This document shows positions 10,520-20,975 of a stretch of 60,476 bases of DNA, piece by piece. The notes below the pieces were generated by a model that searched no databases, was not told the origin of the DNA, and saw only the letters and a list, made by a program, of their open reading frames with translations. Source of the stretch: Tenericutes bacterium ADurb.Bin239 (GTDB lineage: Bacteria > Bacillota_I > Bacilli_A > RFN20 > CAG-826); the NCBI GenBank assembly GCA_002069815.1, contig MWCB01000004.1:1-60476 (forward strand). Reading direction: 5' to 3'. Made by a program: the position numbers and the translations under genes. The first letter of the stretch is position 1; every line of letters begins with the position of its first letter.

Positions 10520-13072
10520 ATGCTTGTTCTAAAAGATATTTATAAAGACTATTATGTGGCCAAAAAGCCGCTTCATGTTTTAAAAGGTTTGAACCTTACC
10601 TTTCCTAAACAACAATTTATAACAATTCTCGGTCCGTCTGGTTGTGGTAAAACAACACTTTTAAACTTAATCGGTGGACTTGATAAATATACATCAGGTG
10701 ATTTAATTATTGAAGGTAAATCAACCAAAGAATTTAAAGATAAAGATTGGGACGCCTATCGCAACCATCGGGTTGGTTTTGTTTTCCAAAGTTATAACTT
10801 GATTCCACATCTAAATGTACTTGAAAACGTTGAAATATCTCTCACTCTTTCTGGTATGGCAAGTAGCGAGCGTCGCGAAAAAGCAAAACAAGAACTTATT
10901 AATGTTGGTTTAGAAAGCGAATTATATAAGAGGCCAAACCAACTTTCAGGCGGTCAACTTCAACGTGTTGCGATTGCGCGCGCCCTTGTTAACGATCCTT
11001 CTATTGTTCTTGCTGATGAACCAACGGGTGCTTTAGATAGTAAAACAAGCGACCAAGTTATAGGGATTCTTAAAGAAATTAGTAAAACACGGTTAGTTAT
11101 TATGGTTACACATAACGAAAATATCGCTAAACGTTTCAGCGATCGTATTATTCGGATGTTAGATGGCAAAATTACAAGTGACACTGACGAAAAAATAAAT
11201 AAAGATAAACATAAAGCAAAAGAACCAACGGAGATGGAAAAAAATAAAGGAACGGCGATGTCGTTTCTTACTGCTCTTAAAAATAGTTATAAAAATATCT
11301 TAACAAAAAAAGGGAGAACCGTATTAACTGCACTCGCTGGATCACTTGGTATTATTGGAATTGGTTTAGTAGCCGCGGTAAGCAACGGATTTCAGGGATA
11401 CATCAATCGTCTTGAGCGCGACACAATGGCTCATTATCCAATTGCAGTCTTTGCTCAAACAATGGATATGAAAGCGGGAATTAAACGTCCCGACAGAACG
11501 ACGGAGTTTCCAGAGGGCGAAGAAATTATAGTGTATAACGAAAATGATTATCAACAAACCCCAATTACTATAACTAATAATAGAATCACTCCAGAATTTT
11601 TAGAATTAGTGGAAGATTTGAAGAAAGACGGATTGGCCGCAAGCACGATGGTTAATTATCCGACTCAAATGCAAATATTAGCAAAACCACCTACCGACAG
11701 TGCGCGCACGGTCGTATGGCCTTATTACGTTAGCGTTACCCCATTACCATTTGGGGTGTTTACACAATTACCAGGCGATGAAGCCTATATCAGTGAGTTT
11801 TATGACTTAATCGGAGAGAATTCAAAGTTTGCAACCGAACGTAATGAAATTATGTTTGTGGTTGATACTTATAATCGCATTTCAGTGCAAGCTTTAGAAC
11901 GAATGGGTATTGTTGATAATTCATCAAGTATTCAAAAACTAGACTTTAATGACATCATTGGGCGGCAATTTAAAATGGTGTCAAACAACGAAATATATAA
12001 GAAGGCACTCGGCAATATTGATGACTATGTGGTACTTGATTTTATGGGTCAACCACGCACTATTGAAAAATATCGTTTTCAAAATCCACAACAGTTATTT
12101 GACGACCCGCTAGTTGGTGAAATGTTAACAATTACCGGCATTTTGCGGGCGAAAGAAGGAATTCAGTTTGAAATGCTTGCGCCTGGACTCGTATACACTC
12201 AAGAGTTAAATCAATATATGCATGAAACTAACAAACATAACGATATTGCTAAAGCGCAAGTAAACAATGTTGTTATTCGTAATCCAAACATTACCGAGGA
12301 AAACATTAATACTGCGATCGAATTTTATCAAGCACAAACAGATTGGAGTGGCGCTAAACCAGTCACCCCGACAACAATACGAATTGATAGGTTTTTAACT
12401 AATTTAAAAATTTATGGGGTTAATATTGAAGATATAAGTTCGGAAAACACTATCTATGAAACAATGCTAACTGAACTTTTAAACGCTACTTATTCACCAG
12501 TGGAATCAATTGCCATTTTTGCTAAAGATGCTGACGCTAAAAAAGAAATCAAAGCACGGATTGATGAATACAACGCAACGCGTGAAGATGAAAAAGACAA
12601 GATTATTATTTTTGATGCAGTAGAATTTTTTAGTAATTCACTAGCGACAATGGTTGATATTATTTCAATCGTATTAATTGTATTTACAAGTATATCGCTT
12701 GTTGTTTCTGGTTTCTTAATTGGCATTATTACATATGTAAGTGTTATTGAACGGATAAAAGAGATTGGGATATTGCGCGCTATCGGTGCTCGTAAAAAAG
12801 ATATATCGCGATTATTTAACGCTGAAACATTTATTATTGGTTTACTAGCGGGAGTGATTGGGGTAGTGATGACGTATCTATTATCAATACCGATAAATAT
12901 TATTCTTAACAACATTTTCCCTGATCAACACATTGGACGAATTGCGTTTTTGGCGCCACTAGCAGCAATAGCGCTAATTGTATTCAATGTTTTATTGACC
13001 GTTACAGCGGGATTAATTCCAAGTAAGATTGCAGCGAACAAAGACCCGGTTGTGGCACTTCGCACGGAATAG
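10520..13072 (+). CDS. ABC transporter, fused ATPase and FtsX/MacB-type permease
   Basis: Walker A GPSGCGKTT, signature LSGGQLQRV and Walker B VLADEPT. A large extracytoplasmic region is followed by C-terminal FtsX-like TM helices. The start was moved to the ATG at 10520 because the RBS aaggagg lies at 10506-10512. Confidence 0.85.
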   Translation: MLVLKDIYKDYYVAKKPLHVLKGLNLTFPKQQFITILGPSGCGKTTLLNLIGGLDKYTSGDLIIEGKSTKEFKDKDWDAYRNHRVGFVFQSYNLIPHLNVLENVEISLTLSGMASSERREKAKQELINVGLESELYKRPNQLSGGQLQRVAIARALVNDPSIVLADEPTGALDSKTSDQVIGILKEISKTRLVIMVTHNENIAKRFSDRIIRMLDGKITSDTDEKINKDKHKAKEPTEMEKNKGTAMSFLTALKNSYKNILTKKGRTVLTALAGSLGIIGIGLVAAVSNGFQGYINRLERDTMAHYPIAVFAQTMDMKAGIKRPDRTTEFPEGEEIIVYNENDYQQTPITITNNRITPEFLELVEDLKKDGLAASTMVNYPTQMQILAKPPTDSARTVVWPYYVSVTPLPFGVFTQLPGDEAYISEFYDLIGENSKFATERNEIMFVVDTYNRISVQALERMGIVDNSSSIQKLDFNDIIGRQFKMVSNNEIYKKALGNIDDYVVLDFMGQPRTIEKYRFQNPQQLFDDPLVGEMLTITGILRAKEGIQFEMLAPGLVYTQELNQYMHETNKHNDIAKAQVNNVVIRNPNITEENINTAIEFYQAQTDWSGAKPVTPTTIRIDRFLTNLKIYGVNIEDISSENTIYETMLTELLNATYSPVESIAIFAKDADAKKEIKARIDEYNATREDEKDKIIIFDAVEFFSNSLATMVDIISIVLIVFTSISLVVSGFLIGIITYVSVIERIKEIGILRAIGARKKDISRLFNAETFIIGLLAGVIGVVMTYLLSIPINIILNNIFPDQHIGRIAFLAPLAAIALIVFNVLLTVTAGLIPSKIAANKDPVVALRTE

Positions 13073-13098
13073 TTATTATCAAGTAGAAAGGATTAGTC

Positions 13099-15582
13099 AT
13101 GGATCATCTTGAAACGAAAAAGAAAAGACCAGGTACGGCAACGACCATAATTAAGAAAAGCGAAATTAAGGTCGATGAGGTAATTCGTTATAGTCCAAAA
13201 TATAATGAAGGTCTAAGCACACAACAAGTTAATGCCCGAAAAGCAGCAAGGATGACTAATGAAAAGCCAAATAAAGGGGTCAAGTCTATCTTTTCGATTT
13301 TGATGCGTAATCTTTTTTCGTTCTTTAACATTTTACTTTATGTTATAGGCGCCGCTCTTATTTATATTAAGGAATGGCAGAGTTTACTATTTCTTGTAAT
13401 CTTATTCTTTAATATCATGATTGGGTTAATCCAAGACTTACGTGCTCGCCACACGTTAAAAAAACTTTTAATTTTGAATGAACAACGGGTAATAGTAGTG
13501 CGTGACGGTATTGAAATTGAAGTGGCTACTGATGATGTTGTCCTTGACGATATTATTAAATTAAAATTAGGTGATCAAATTGCGGCAGATGGGCTTGTTG
13601 TTCATGGCGCGGTCGGTGTTAATGAATCACTATTAACTGGAGAACCAAATATTGTTCATAAAGGTAAAGATGACCGCGTTTTGTCAGGTTCTTTTGTCAC
13701 AACAGGCACATGTTACTATCTTGTTGATACAATTGGAAAACTAGGATATGCGCAAAAATTACAATTACGGGCGAAAGTATTTAAACGTCCTACTTCTGAA
13801 CTTTTGAATTCAATCAATTCATTATTTAAAGTCATCGGCTTTATTGTTATTGGTATGGCCTTACTAATGATATTTAATGGTTTTTATCAAGGATCAACAT
13901 TTGAAGATAGTGTTCGTTCTATTGCTGGTTCACTTGTGGCTATGATTCCTTCAGGAATGTATTTATTAACAAGCATGACTCTAGCGGTAGGGGTTATTCG
14001 CCTTGGGTCCAAAAATACCCTTGTTAATGAAATGTATTCAATTGAAATGTTAGCGCGAGTTAATGTTTTGTGTTTAGACAAAACTGGAACAATAACAGAC
14101 GGTACGATGAAAGTAAATGAAGTAGTGCCATTAAAAGGCGCTAAAGGAATTGATCTCGATGTTGTCGTTGCCACCATTTTACGCGCTACTAAAGATGAAA
14201 ATCCAACAGCTTTAGCGCTTAAAAAACATTTCACCACACGTAAATACATGCAGTTTACTAAAGTTTTACCATTTAATAGTGAATCAAAGTGCAGCGGGGC
14301 CATTATGGAAGGAAAGACGTATATTATGGGCGCATCAAGTATGGTCCTCGGCCCTAAAGCCCAAAAGCAAGTTGAAAAAGTTGAACGGATATATTTAGAA
14401 CGTGGTTTACGAGTGCTTGTCCTAGCAATATCAACAAAACCATTTATTGCTAATAAATTACCAATTGACTTAGAACCGCTAGCGTTAATTATTATTCAAG
14501 ATAATATTCGTGCCGAAGCTTACGAAGTTATTAAATTGTTTCAAGACAATGGTGTAGAAGTAAAGATTATTTCAGGAGATGATCCTGTCAGTGTTAGTGA
14601 AATAGCGCGTCAGGTCGGCATTAATAACGCTGAAAGCTTATTAGACTTTTCAAGTATTGACGATCCTAGTCATCATTCACTTGAAGATTTTACAATATAT
14701 GGACGAGTTCGTCCTGAACAAAAAGAAGGAATTGTAACAAAGTTACAAAGTGATGGTAAAGTTGTAGCGATGATAGGGGATGGGGTGAATGATGTCTTAG
14801 CTTTGAAGGCGGCGCAATGTTCAATTGCAATGGGAGCAGGCAGCCCCGCCGCACGCGGGGTCAGTCACTTAGTACTTCTTGATAATAACTTTGATGTATT
14901 ACCATCAATTGTGGATGAAGGACGAAGAGCAATTAACAACTTACAAAAAACATGGTCACTATTTTTAGTTAAAACTATCTTTGCGATTATATTCTCGTTT
15001 ATGTTTGTGACCGCGGGTCTTTTAGGTCCTAAAGGATCAGGCATTAGATATCCGTTTGAACCTAAACATCTATATATATGGGAGTTATTGTCACTAGGTA
15101 TTCCCGCTTTCTTTTTATCAATGCAGCCGAATAAAGAAAGAGTCAAAGGTACATTTATGGATAACGTCATCCGTCGAAGTGTTCCGGCAGGTATATTAAT
15201 GGTCGTTGGGGCGTTTATGCTCTACACTACTAAAAACTTTGGCGAAATGTTTGGAATGGGTATTGGTAACACCTCGGAAGAAATGATTACAATGTCAATT
15301 CTTACAATTTCTTTCTTATCGTTCGTAATCTTGTTTAGAAACTCATTACCTTTTAATCGTTATCGGCTCATCCTTTTCTTAACACTTAGTATTTTAGCGG
15401 TTGGTGTTATTGTTTTAGATAATACGTTAGGTATTACGTTTACAGGTCCTTATTTCTTAGATCTTAATTTATCAGTATTACAACCGATTCACTACGGAAT
15501 ATTAATAATAATTAATTTAATGCTTACAATTCTGTACGTATTAGCCGATAATAAAATTGTAAAGAAATTAGGGAGGGAATAA
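13099..15582 (+). CDS. P-type cation-translocating ATPase, substrate not assignable
   Basis: TGEP actuator motif, phosphorylation site CLDKTGTITDG, hinge GDGVNDVLALK and about 10 TM segments. Confidence 0.88.
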   Translation: MDHLETKKKRPGTATTIIKKSEIKVDEVIRYSPKYNEGLSTQQVNARKAARMTNEKPNKGVKSIFSILMRNLFSFFNILLYVIGAALIYIKEWQSLLFLVILFFNIMIGLIQDLRARHTLKKLLILNEQRVIVVRDGIEIEVATDDVVLDDIIKLKLGDQIAADGLVVHGAVGVNESLLTGEPNIVHKGKDDRVLSGSFVTTGTCYYLVDTIGKLGYAQKLQLRAKVFKRPTSELLNSINSLFKVIGFIVIGMALLMIFNGFYQGSTFEDSVRSIAGSLVAMIPSGMYLLTSMTLAVGVIRLGSKNTLVNEMYSIEMLARVNVLCLDKTGTITDGTMKVNEVVPLKGAKGIDLDVVVATILRATKDENPTALALKKHFTTRKYMQFTKVLPFNSESKCSGAIMEGKTYIMGASSMVLGPKAQKQVEKVERIYLERGLRVLVLAISTKPFIANKLPIDLEPLALIIIQDNIRAEAYEVIKLFQDNGVEVKIISGDDPVSVSEIARQVGINNAESLLDFSSIDDPSHHSLEDFTIYGRVRPEQKEGIVTKLQSDGKVVAMIGDGVNDVLALKAAQCSIAMGAGSPAARGVSHLVLLDNNFDVLPSIVDEGRRAINNLQKTWSLFLVKTIFAIIFSFMFVTAGLLGPKGSGIRYPFEPKHLYIWELLSLGIPAFFLSMQPNKERVKGTFMDNVIRRSVPAGILMVVGAFMLYTTKNFGEMFGMGIGNTSEEMITMSILTISFLSFVILFRNSLPFNRYRLILFLTLSILAVGVIVLDNTLGITFTGPYFLDLNLSVLQPIHYGILIIINLMLTILYVLADNKIVKKLGRE

Positions 15583-15585
15583 TAT

Positions 15586-16503
15586 ATGAAAATACGAATT
15601 AGCCAAGAAGTGGCGTATGCTTTAGCTAATAATTTACCAGTGGTTGCTCTTGAATCTACGATCATTGCACACGGGATGCCTTATCCACAAAATGTGGAAA
15701 TTGCCCTTAAGGTAGAAGAAATAATTAGAACAAACGGAGCGCTTCCAGCAACGATTGCTATCATTGGAGGCGATATTGTCGTTGGCTTAGATGAAGACGA
15801 AATTGAAGAACTCGGTCAAAGAGAAGGTGTACTTAAAGTTTCGCGCCGCGATTTAGCTTATGCGATGGCCACTAAACAGTGGGGCGCTACAACTGTTGCC
15901 GCTACAATGGTTATTGCCGCTAAGGTTGGTATTAAAGTGTTTGTTACTGGTGGCGTCGGCGGAGTTCACCGTGGCGCTGAAGACACATTTGACATTTCGA
16001 GTGATCTTGAAGAACTTGCAAGAACAAATATTGCGGTCGTATGTGCAGGTCCTAAGGCTATTCTTGATGTTGAAAAAACCTTAGAGTATTTAGAAACAAA
16101 AGGAGTGCCGGTTTTAGGATATAAAACCGACAAAATGCCTATATTTTATACTTCAAGCCCATCCTTAAAAGTATTATATCGCGTTGATAGTGCTGCGGAA
16201 CTCGCTCAAATTGTTAATGCTAGCCATGCTCTTGATTTGCAAAGTGGAATTCTCGTTGTTAATCCCATTCCAGAAAAAGATGCCTTACCGTATAAAGACG
16301 TTGAGAAAGTAATTGAAGAAGCAATTACAGAAATGGAAAAAGAAGGTATTAGAGGCAAAGAGCAAACACCTTATCTTCTTACTAAAATTAATGAATTAAC
16401 CAAAGGCAAGAGTCAAATAGCTAATGAGGCACTTATTGTTAATAACGCTAAATTAGGAGCAATGATTGCTAAAAATATTAGTAGGGAGTTATATGAAGAC
16501 TAA
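15586..16503 (+). CDS. psuG: Pseudouridine-5'-phosphate glycosidase
   Basis: IndA/PsuG-like N-terminus (PVVALESTIIAHGMPYPQN) and the GGVGGVHRGAE motif; 305 aa. Confidence 0.85.
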   Translation: MKIRISQEVAYALANNLPVVALESTIIAHGMPYPQNVEIALKVEEIIRTNGALPATIAIIGGDIVVGLDEDEIEELGQREGVLKVSRRDLAYAMATKQWGATTVAATMVIAAKVGIKVFVTGGVGGVHRGAEDTFDISSDLEELARTNIAVVCAGPKAILDVEKTLEYLETKGVPVLGYKTDKMPIFYTSSPSLKVLYRVDSAAELAQIVNASHALDLQSGILVVNPIPEKDALPYKDVEKVIEEAITEMEKEGIRGKEQTPYLLTKINELTKGKSQIANEALIVNNAKLGAMIAKNISRELYED

Positions 16504-17038
16504 GGCACGCTTAGGAAATTCATTAAAAAAGTTTATGGCGACGATGCCGCTGGATACAATCAGCGTTATTAATATTACAAAAGATTGTAAAGTAAATCGC
16601 CAAACGTTTTATTATCACTTTCGTAACATATACGATTTATTAACATGGGTGTTCTTAAATGAAGAAATTGAAAAACCATCAAACGATGAATTAGAAGAAG
16701 CAATCTTCATTGTTTTGCGTTATGTTAAATATAATGAAGCCTTAATTGCAAATACATTAGCGAGTGCCGCTAAAGACTTAGTAAGAGAATTTCTCTTTAA
16801 CTACTTATATAACGTTTCCCTTAGTTATTTAGCAAAGAAAGATCCAGAAGACAAATTGACAATTAATGAAAGAAAATTATTGGCGCGAGTGTATGGTGCG
16901 GGGTTAGCGAGCAGTGTCATCTCGTGGTTTGAAGGCGAATATTCATTCCCAGAACACGAATTTGTGATGAATTTAGTAACCTTCTTTAATGATTTCCCGC
17001 TTGATGCCATTAGATACAAAGGAAGAGGCTATGCATAG
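16493..17038 (+). CDS. TetR/AcrR-family regulator (DhaS-like)
   Basis: HTH ISVINITKDCKVNRQTFYYHFRNIYDLLTWVF. The start was placed at the ATG at 16493, which has the RBS gtagggag and overlaps the psuG stop. Confidence 0.8.
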   Translation: MKTKARLGNSLKKFMATMPLDTISVINITKDCKVNRQTFYYHFRNIYDLLTWVFLNEEIEKPSNDELEEAIFIVLRYVKYNEALIANTLASAAKDLVREFLFNYLYNVSLSYLAKKDPEDKLTINERKLLARVYGAGLASSVISWFEGEYSFPEHEFVMNLVTFFNDFPLDAIRYKGRGYA

Positions 17039-18203
17039 TTTCAATTTAAACATTCAAACGGAATTAATTTTTGGCAAGGGCCGTCATTTAGAAATTGCAA
17101 AAGTTATCAAGCGTTATAACAAAAAGAATGTGATTATTCTTTATGGTGAAAGTTTTGCAGTAAGAAGCGGGCTTTTAGAGACAGTTACAAATTTACTTGA
17201 TGAAAGCGAAATTGAGTACGTTCTCTATGGAGGTATTACTCCCAATCCCGAAGTAAAGCATGTACGTGAAGCCAAAGCGATTGCCAAGGAATATAACGTT
17301 GATCTTATTCTAGCAATTGGTGGAGGTAGTGTTATTGATGTTGCTAAATCACTTTCTGTTAACTTTTATTATGATGGGGATGAATTAGATTTTAGTAAAA
17401 GAATTATTAAACCGAAGAAAGCCTTACCACTCGGCGTTATTTTAACCCACGCATCAGCGGGTAGTGAAATGTCGGCGAGCTGTGTGATTAGTGATTCTAG
17501 TTCTAACTTTAAGCAAGGCTTTCGAACGGATTTAATTCGACCAATCTTTGCTATCACTAATCCTGAATTGACATATAGTGTTTCAATGTATCAAACTGCA
17601 GTTGGAATTGTTGATACTTTTATGCACTCACTAGAACGCTATTTTAATAAAAGCGACCGAATTGAACTCGCTGATCGCTTTGCGGAAGGTATATTTATTA
17701 CGTTACGTGATTGTGCTGAGGCTTTAATTGTTGATCCATATGATGAAGTAGCGCGCGCTAATTTAATGTTGGCGAGCACATTTAGTCATAATGATATTAC
17801 CAGCTTAGGAAAAAAAGCTAATTTAACCGCTCATACTTTAGAACACGCTATTAGTGCTCTTTATCCTAAAGTTGCTCATGGTCATGGGTTAGCGGTCATT
17901 TACCCAGCGTGGCTTTTCTATTATTTTGATGAATTAAAAGAAAAACTTGATCGTTTCGCCAAAGTTGTCTTCCATCTTCACGATAAAGATATAGATACAA
18001 ACGCAAAAAATGGTATTTTAGCGCTTAAAGATTTATTTATACGGTTAGGATTAACAACAACATTATCAAGTCTTGGTGTAAAACACGAAGACATTGAAAC
18101 TTTAGCGGACATAGTAACAGATGGTGGTACAAGTACGTTGTATCATGATCAAAAAAGTCTCACTAAAGATGATATAATCAAACTTTATGAAAGCTGTTTT
18201 TAA
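17031..18203 (+). CDS. Iron-containing (group III) alcohol dehydrogenase
   Basis: GGGSVIDVAK nucleotide motif and His-rich metal site HTLEHAISALYPKVAHGHG. The start was placed at MHSFNLN with the RBS ggaagagg. Confidence 0.85.
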   Translation: MHSFNLNIQTELIFGKGRHLEIAKVIKRYNKKNVIILYGESFAVRSGLLETVTNLLDESEIEYVLYGGITPNPEVKHVREAKAIAKEYNVDLILAIGGGSVIDVAKSLSVNFYYDGDELDFSKRIIKPKKALPLGVILTHASAGSEMSASCVISDSSSNFKQGFRTDLIRPIFAITNPELTYSVSMYQTAVGIVDTFMHSLERYFNKSDRIELADRFAEGIFITLRDCAEALIVDPYDEVARANLMLASTFSHNDITSLGKKANLTAHTLEHAISALYPKVAHGHGLAVIYPAWLFYYFDELKEKLDRFAKVVFHLHDKDIDTNAKNGILALKDLFIRLGLTTTLSSLGVKHEDIETLADIVTDGGTSTLYHDQKSLTKDDIIKLYESCF

Positions 18204-18221
18204 AATTATTGGAGGATAAAT

Positions 18222-19343
18222 ATGAAAAAAGAAGATCTCATAAGCATACTTGTGTACGTCTTAATGCTTATTATTGCCCTTTTTATTGGGTTACGAATTA
18301 TTACTCCCGCGCTTGATGCGCTTGACTTAGTGACCGACCTAGAAAGATATGGCTTTGCAATTTTAACAATTCTAGTTGGTATTATTATTAATGTTGTCTT
18401 ATTTGAGTTAGGTCATGTATTTGGCGCTCTTTTAGGAGGATATAGTGTCATAAGTGTAAATATATTAGGGTTAGCGTACTACAAAACGAAAAATGGATGG
18501 AAATTTGGATTTAGACGTTATGAAGGATTAACAGGAGAAACTAAGATTATTGCTAAAAGTGATAAAACTAAACCTCGTTTATACTTATTTGGTCCCACTG
18601 TTATGGTTCTTTTAGAATTCGTAGTTGCCATTGTTATTTTCTTAGCAACCCGGAAAAATCAAGCTATTCATCATCAAGTTTTAATTGTTGCAGGTATTGG
18701 AGCGATGCTTCTTGTTTATAACATTATGCCGTTTAAACTTGATAATTTTACCGATGGTTATTACATTTTACTTTTAGGCAAAAAAGTAAATGTTGAAGCA
18801 TATAATGAACTTATTCGTATTGAATCACTTGTGTACAATAATGAACCAGTTACAGACATTAAAGAATTTAAAGAAGTGACAACGATGACAGCACGATTAA
18901 GTTTATATCGGTTATATCAAATGATTGATAAAAAGGCATGGAATGAAGCTTTAACCCTTATTGAAAGTTTGGAAAAGCATACAAACAAAGTTGAACATGA
19001 ATTTATTGCGCGTATCAAAGCTCAAAAACTTTATATTTATCTTTTAACAAAAGCGAGCGAAGCAGCATCTGGCTACTGGTTTAACGAACTAGGGGCCGCG
19101 GATCGTAAGTTTATTAGTAATGACTTAACGATTGAAACCATGCGTGCGTATCTGCTTTATAGTGGTTTAGTTACCAAAAGCCAAAGTGAATGTGCTTTCG
19201 TGCTAAATCGTGCTCCCAAAGCACTGCGTGCTAGATTAAATGATTTCCGCAAAGAGGAAGAAATTGCTCTTTTTACTGAAGCATACAATACAATTGTTGC
19301 GCTTCCTGGTAACGAAAATTTAAAACTTCCAGTCCTTAAATAA
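18222..19343 (+). CDS. Polytopic membrane protein with a helical-repeat C-terminal domain; degenerate zincin-like motif
   Basis: About 5 TM segments. FELGHVFG sits where M50/DUF3267-type proteins carry HExxH. The soluble C-terminal half looks helical. Function is unknown. Confidence 0.5.
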   Translation: MKKEDLISILVYVLMLIIALFIGLRIITPALDALDLVTDLERYGFAILTILVGIIINVVLFELGHVFGALLGGYSVISVNILGLAYYKTKNGWKFGFRRYEGLTGETKIIAKSDKTKPRLYLFGPTVMVLLEFVVAIVIFLATRKNQAIHHQVLIVAGIGAMLLVYNIMPFKLDNFTDGYYILLLGKKVNVEAYNELIRIESLVYNNEPVTDIKEFKEVTTMTARLSLYRLYQMIDKKAWNEALTLIESLEKHTNKVEHEFIARIKAQKLYIYLLTKASEAASGYWFNELGAADRKFISNDLTIETMRAYLLYSGLVTKSQSECAFVLNRAPKALRARLNDFRKEEEIALFTEAYNTIVALPGNENLKLPVLK

Positions 19344-19345
19344 AT

Positions 19346-19399
19346 TAAAAAACACCAGTGTTTAATGTCTTTATTAAGAATGACTGGTGTTTTTCTTTT
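19346..19399. terminator. Bidirectional terminator between convergent genes
   Basis: aacaccagt (19351-19359) pairs with actggtgtt (19383-19391), flanked by A-runs and T-runs. Confidence 0.6.
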
Positions 19400-19400
19400 G

Positions 19401-19898
19401 TTATTTTTTCGATGCTTCTTTTTTCTCGGCGGGCTTTTTAGCCACTAACGAGTCGCGAATTTCTCGAAGTAATAAAATTTCTTCGCTCGGTTCGGGTTCG
19501 GGTTCTGGTTCAGGAGCAGCTTCGACTTCTTGATGTAGAAGTTTAGCCCGTAATTTTTCTGCTCTTTCATTAAGAATGGTGGCAACTTTAACAATAACGA
19601 ACAAAACAAGTGCAATTAACAAAAAGTTAATAATAGCTTGAACGAATAATCCCCACTTAATAGCAATTTCAGCAACAGCGACGGTAACACCATCTTCCGC
19701 AAGAACCTCAGGCCTAATAACCCATTTTAATAATGAAACTTCATTACCAAGAAGCAAAGAGAGTGGCGGCATAATAATGTGATTTACTAAACTAGTAATA
19801 ATAGCGTTAAATGCTCCACCGATGATAATACCAACAGCGAGATTTAAGACATTACCGCGAGCAATGAATTCTTTAAATTCTTTAAAAAACTTTCTCAT
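19401..19898 (-). CDS. mscL: Large-conductance mechanosensitive channel with an extended acidic tail
   Basis: The N-terminus FKEFIARGNVLNLAVGIIIGGAFNAIITSLV is canonical MscL. At 165 aa it is longer than usual because of a tail carrying a (PE)5 run. Confidence 0.92.
   Translation of the reverse strand: MRKFFKEFKEFIARGNVLNLAVGIIIGGAFNAIITSLVNHIIMPPLSLLLGNEVSLLKWVIRPEVLAEDGVTVAVAEIAIKWGLFVQAIINFLLIALVLFVIVKVATILNERAEKLRAKLLHQEVEAAPEPEPEPEPSEEILLLREIRDSLVAKKPAEKKEASKK
19488..19514 (-). repeat. Hexanucleotide tandem repeat encoding (Pro-Glu)n in the mscL tail
   Basis: The plus strand reads ggttcg ggttcg ggttct ggttca. The protein reads APEPEPEPEPEPS. Confidence 0.8.
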
Positions 19899-20073
19899 AT
19901 TCTATTCCTTTCTGTTTACAATTTTAGCATAAACATATTCATATGCACTAAAACTAACACCGCAATAAGTTCTAAAAAATGCAAAACTTTTTAAAATAAG
20001 ATATATTGATAATGTTACTTTGAAAAAAAGTGACAAGGGAAACAGCAATTATTCACTAATAAAGGAGAAAAAT

Positions 20074-20928
20074 ATGCCAAAATTTAAAATCATTGTTGAT
20101 TCAACGGTTGACTTAAGCCCTGAATTGTACAAATTAATCGATCCTGTTTTAGTGCCGCTTAATATTCATATTGGTGAAGAAACATATAGAGACTATTATG
20201 AATTGAGTGCTGAAAAATTATATGAAAGAGTAAATGCGCTAAAAATTGGACCAAAAACAAGCGCCGTTGCCCCTGGATTATTTAAAGAAATATTTGGAAA
20301 AATCAAAGCAGAAGGTTACACAGGAGCTTTATTTGTTGGTATTGGCAATTTCTTAAGCGCTACTTTGCAAAGTGCGCGGTTAGGCGCTGAAGAAGTAAAG
20401 GGATTAAAAATTCGTCTCGTTGATTCGCATTCATTATCTACTGGTAGCGGCCTACTTGCTTTACGTGCCTACGATTTACGCGAAGAAGGAAAAACACTTG
20501 ATGAGGTCGCTGATTACTTAGAAAAAATCGCGCCCAAGTCAAGAGCACAGTTTATCGTTGATAATTTAGACATGCTTGCTGCTGGCGGACGTGTCAGTGG
20601 CATCAAATTATTTTTTGGCCGCATTTTACGTGCTCACCCATTCCTTCAAGTTAACAATGATAAATTAGAAGTTGTTGCAACGCCAAAAGGGAAGAGTGAA
20701 AAAGCGCTTGACTTAATGATTAATGTCGCGCGAGAAGAAATCACTGCTGGACTTGAATCACCACGTGTTTTCATTACACACTCCCAGGGTGGATCACGTA
20801 TTGACTATATTTATGAACAACTTAAAGAATTCGTAGACCCTAAAAACATTTACATTTCGGAAGCTGGCGCCGTTATTTCAAGTCATTGTGGCCACGGTAC
20901 AATTGGTATTTTATACATTCGGAAATAA
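20074..20928 (+). CDS. DegV-family fatty-acid-binding protein
   Basis: MPKFKIIVDSTVDL start with the RBS aaaggag, and the DegV-like C-terminus SSHCGHGTIGI. Confidence 0.85.
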   Translation: MPKFKIIVDSTVDLSPELYKLIDPVLVPLNIHIGEETYRDYYELSAEKLYERVNALKIGPKTSAVAPGLFKEIFGKIKAEGYTGALFVGIGNFLSATLQSARLGAEEVKGLKIRLVDSHSLSTGSGLLALRAYDLREEGKTLDEVADYLEKIAPKSRAQFIVDNLDMLAAGGRVSGIKLFFGRILRAHPFLQVNNDKLEVVATPKGKSEKALDLMINVAREEITAGLESPRVFITHSQGGSRIDYIYEQLKEFVDPKNIYISEAGAVISSHCGHGTIGILYIRK

Positions 20929-20947
20929 TAGTTAGTAAATCGTTACT

Positions 20948-20975
20948 AAAATGCCGCTTAAATGCGGCATTTTTT
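20948..20975. terminator. Terminator between convergent degV and zur
   Basis: aaaatgccgc ttaa atgcggcatttttt hairpin flanked by A and T runs. Confidence 0.65.
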
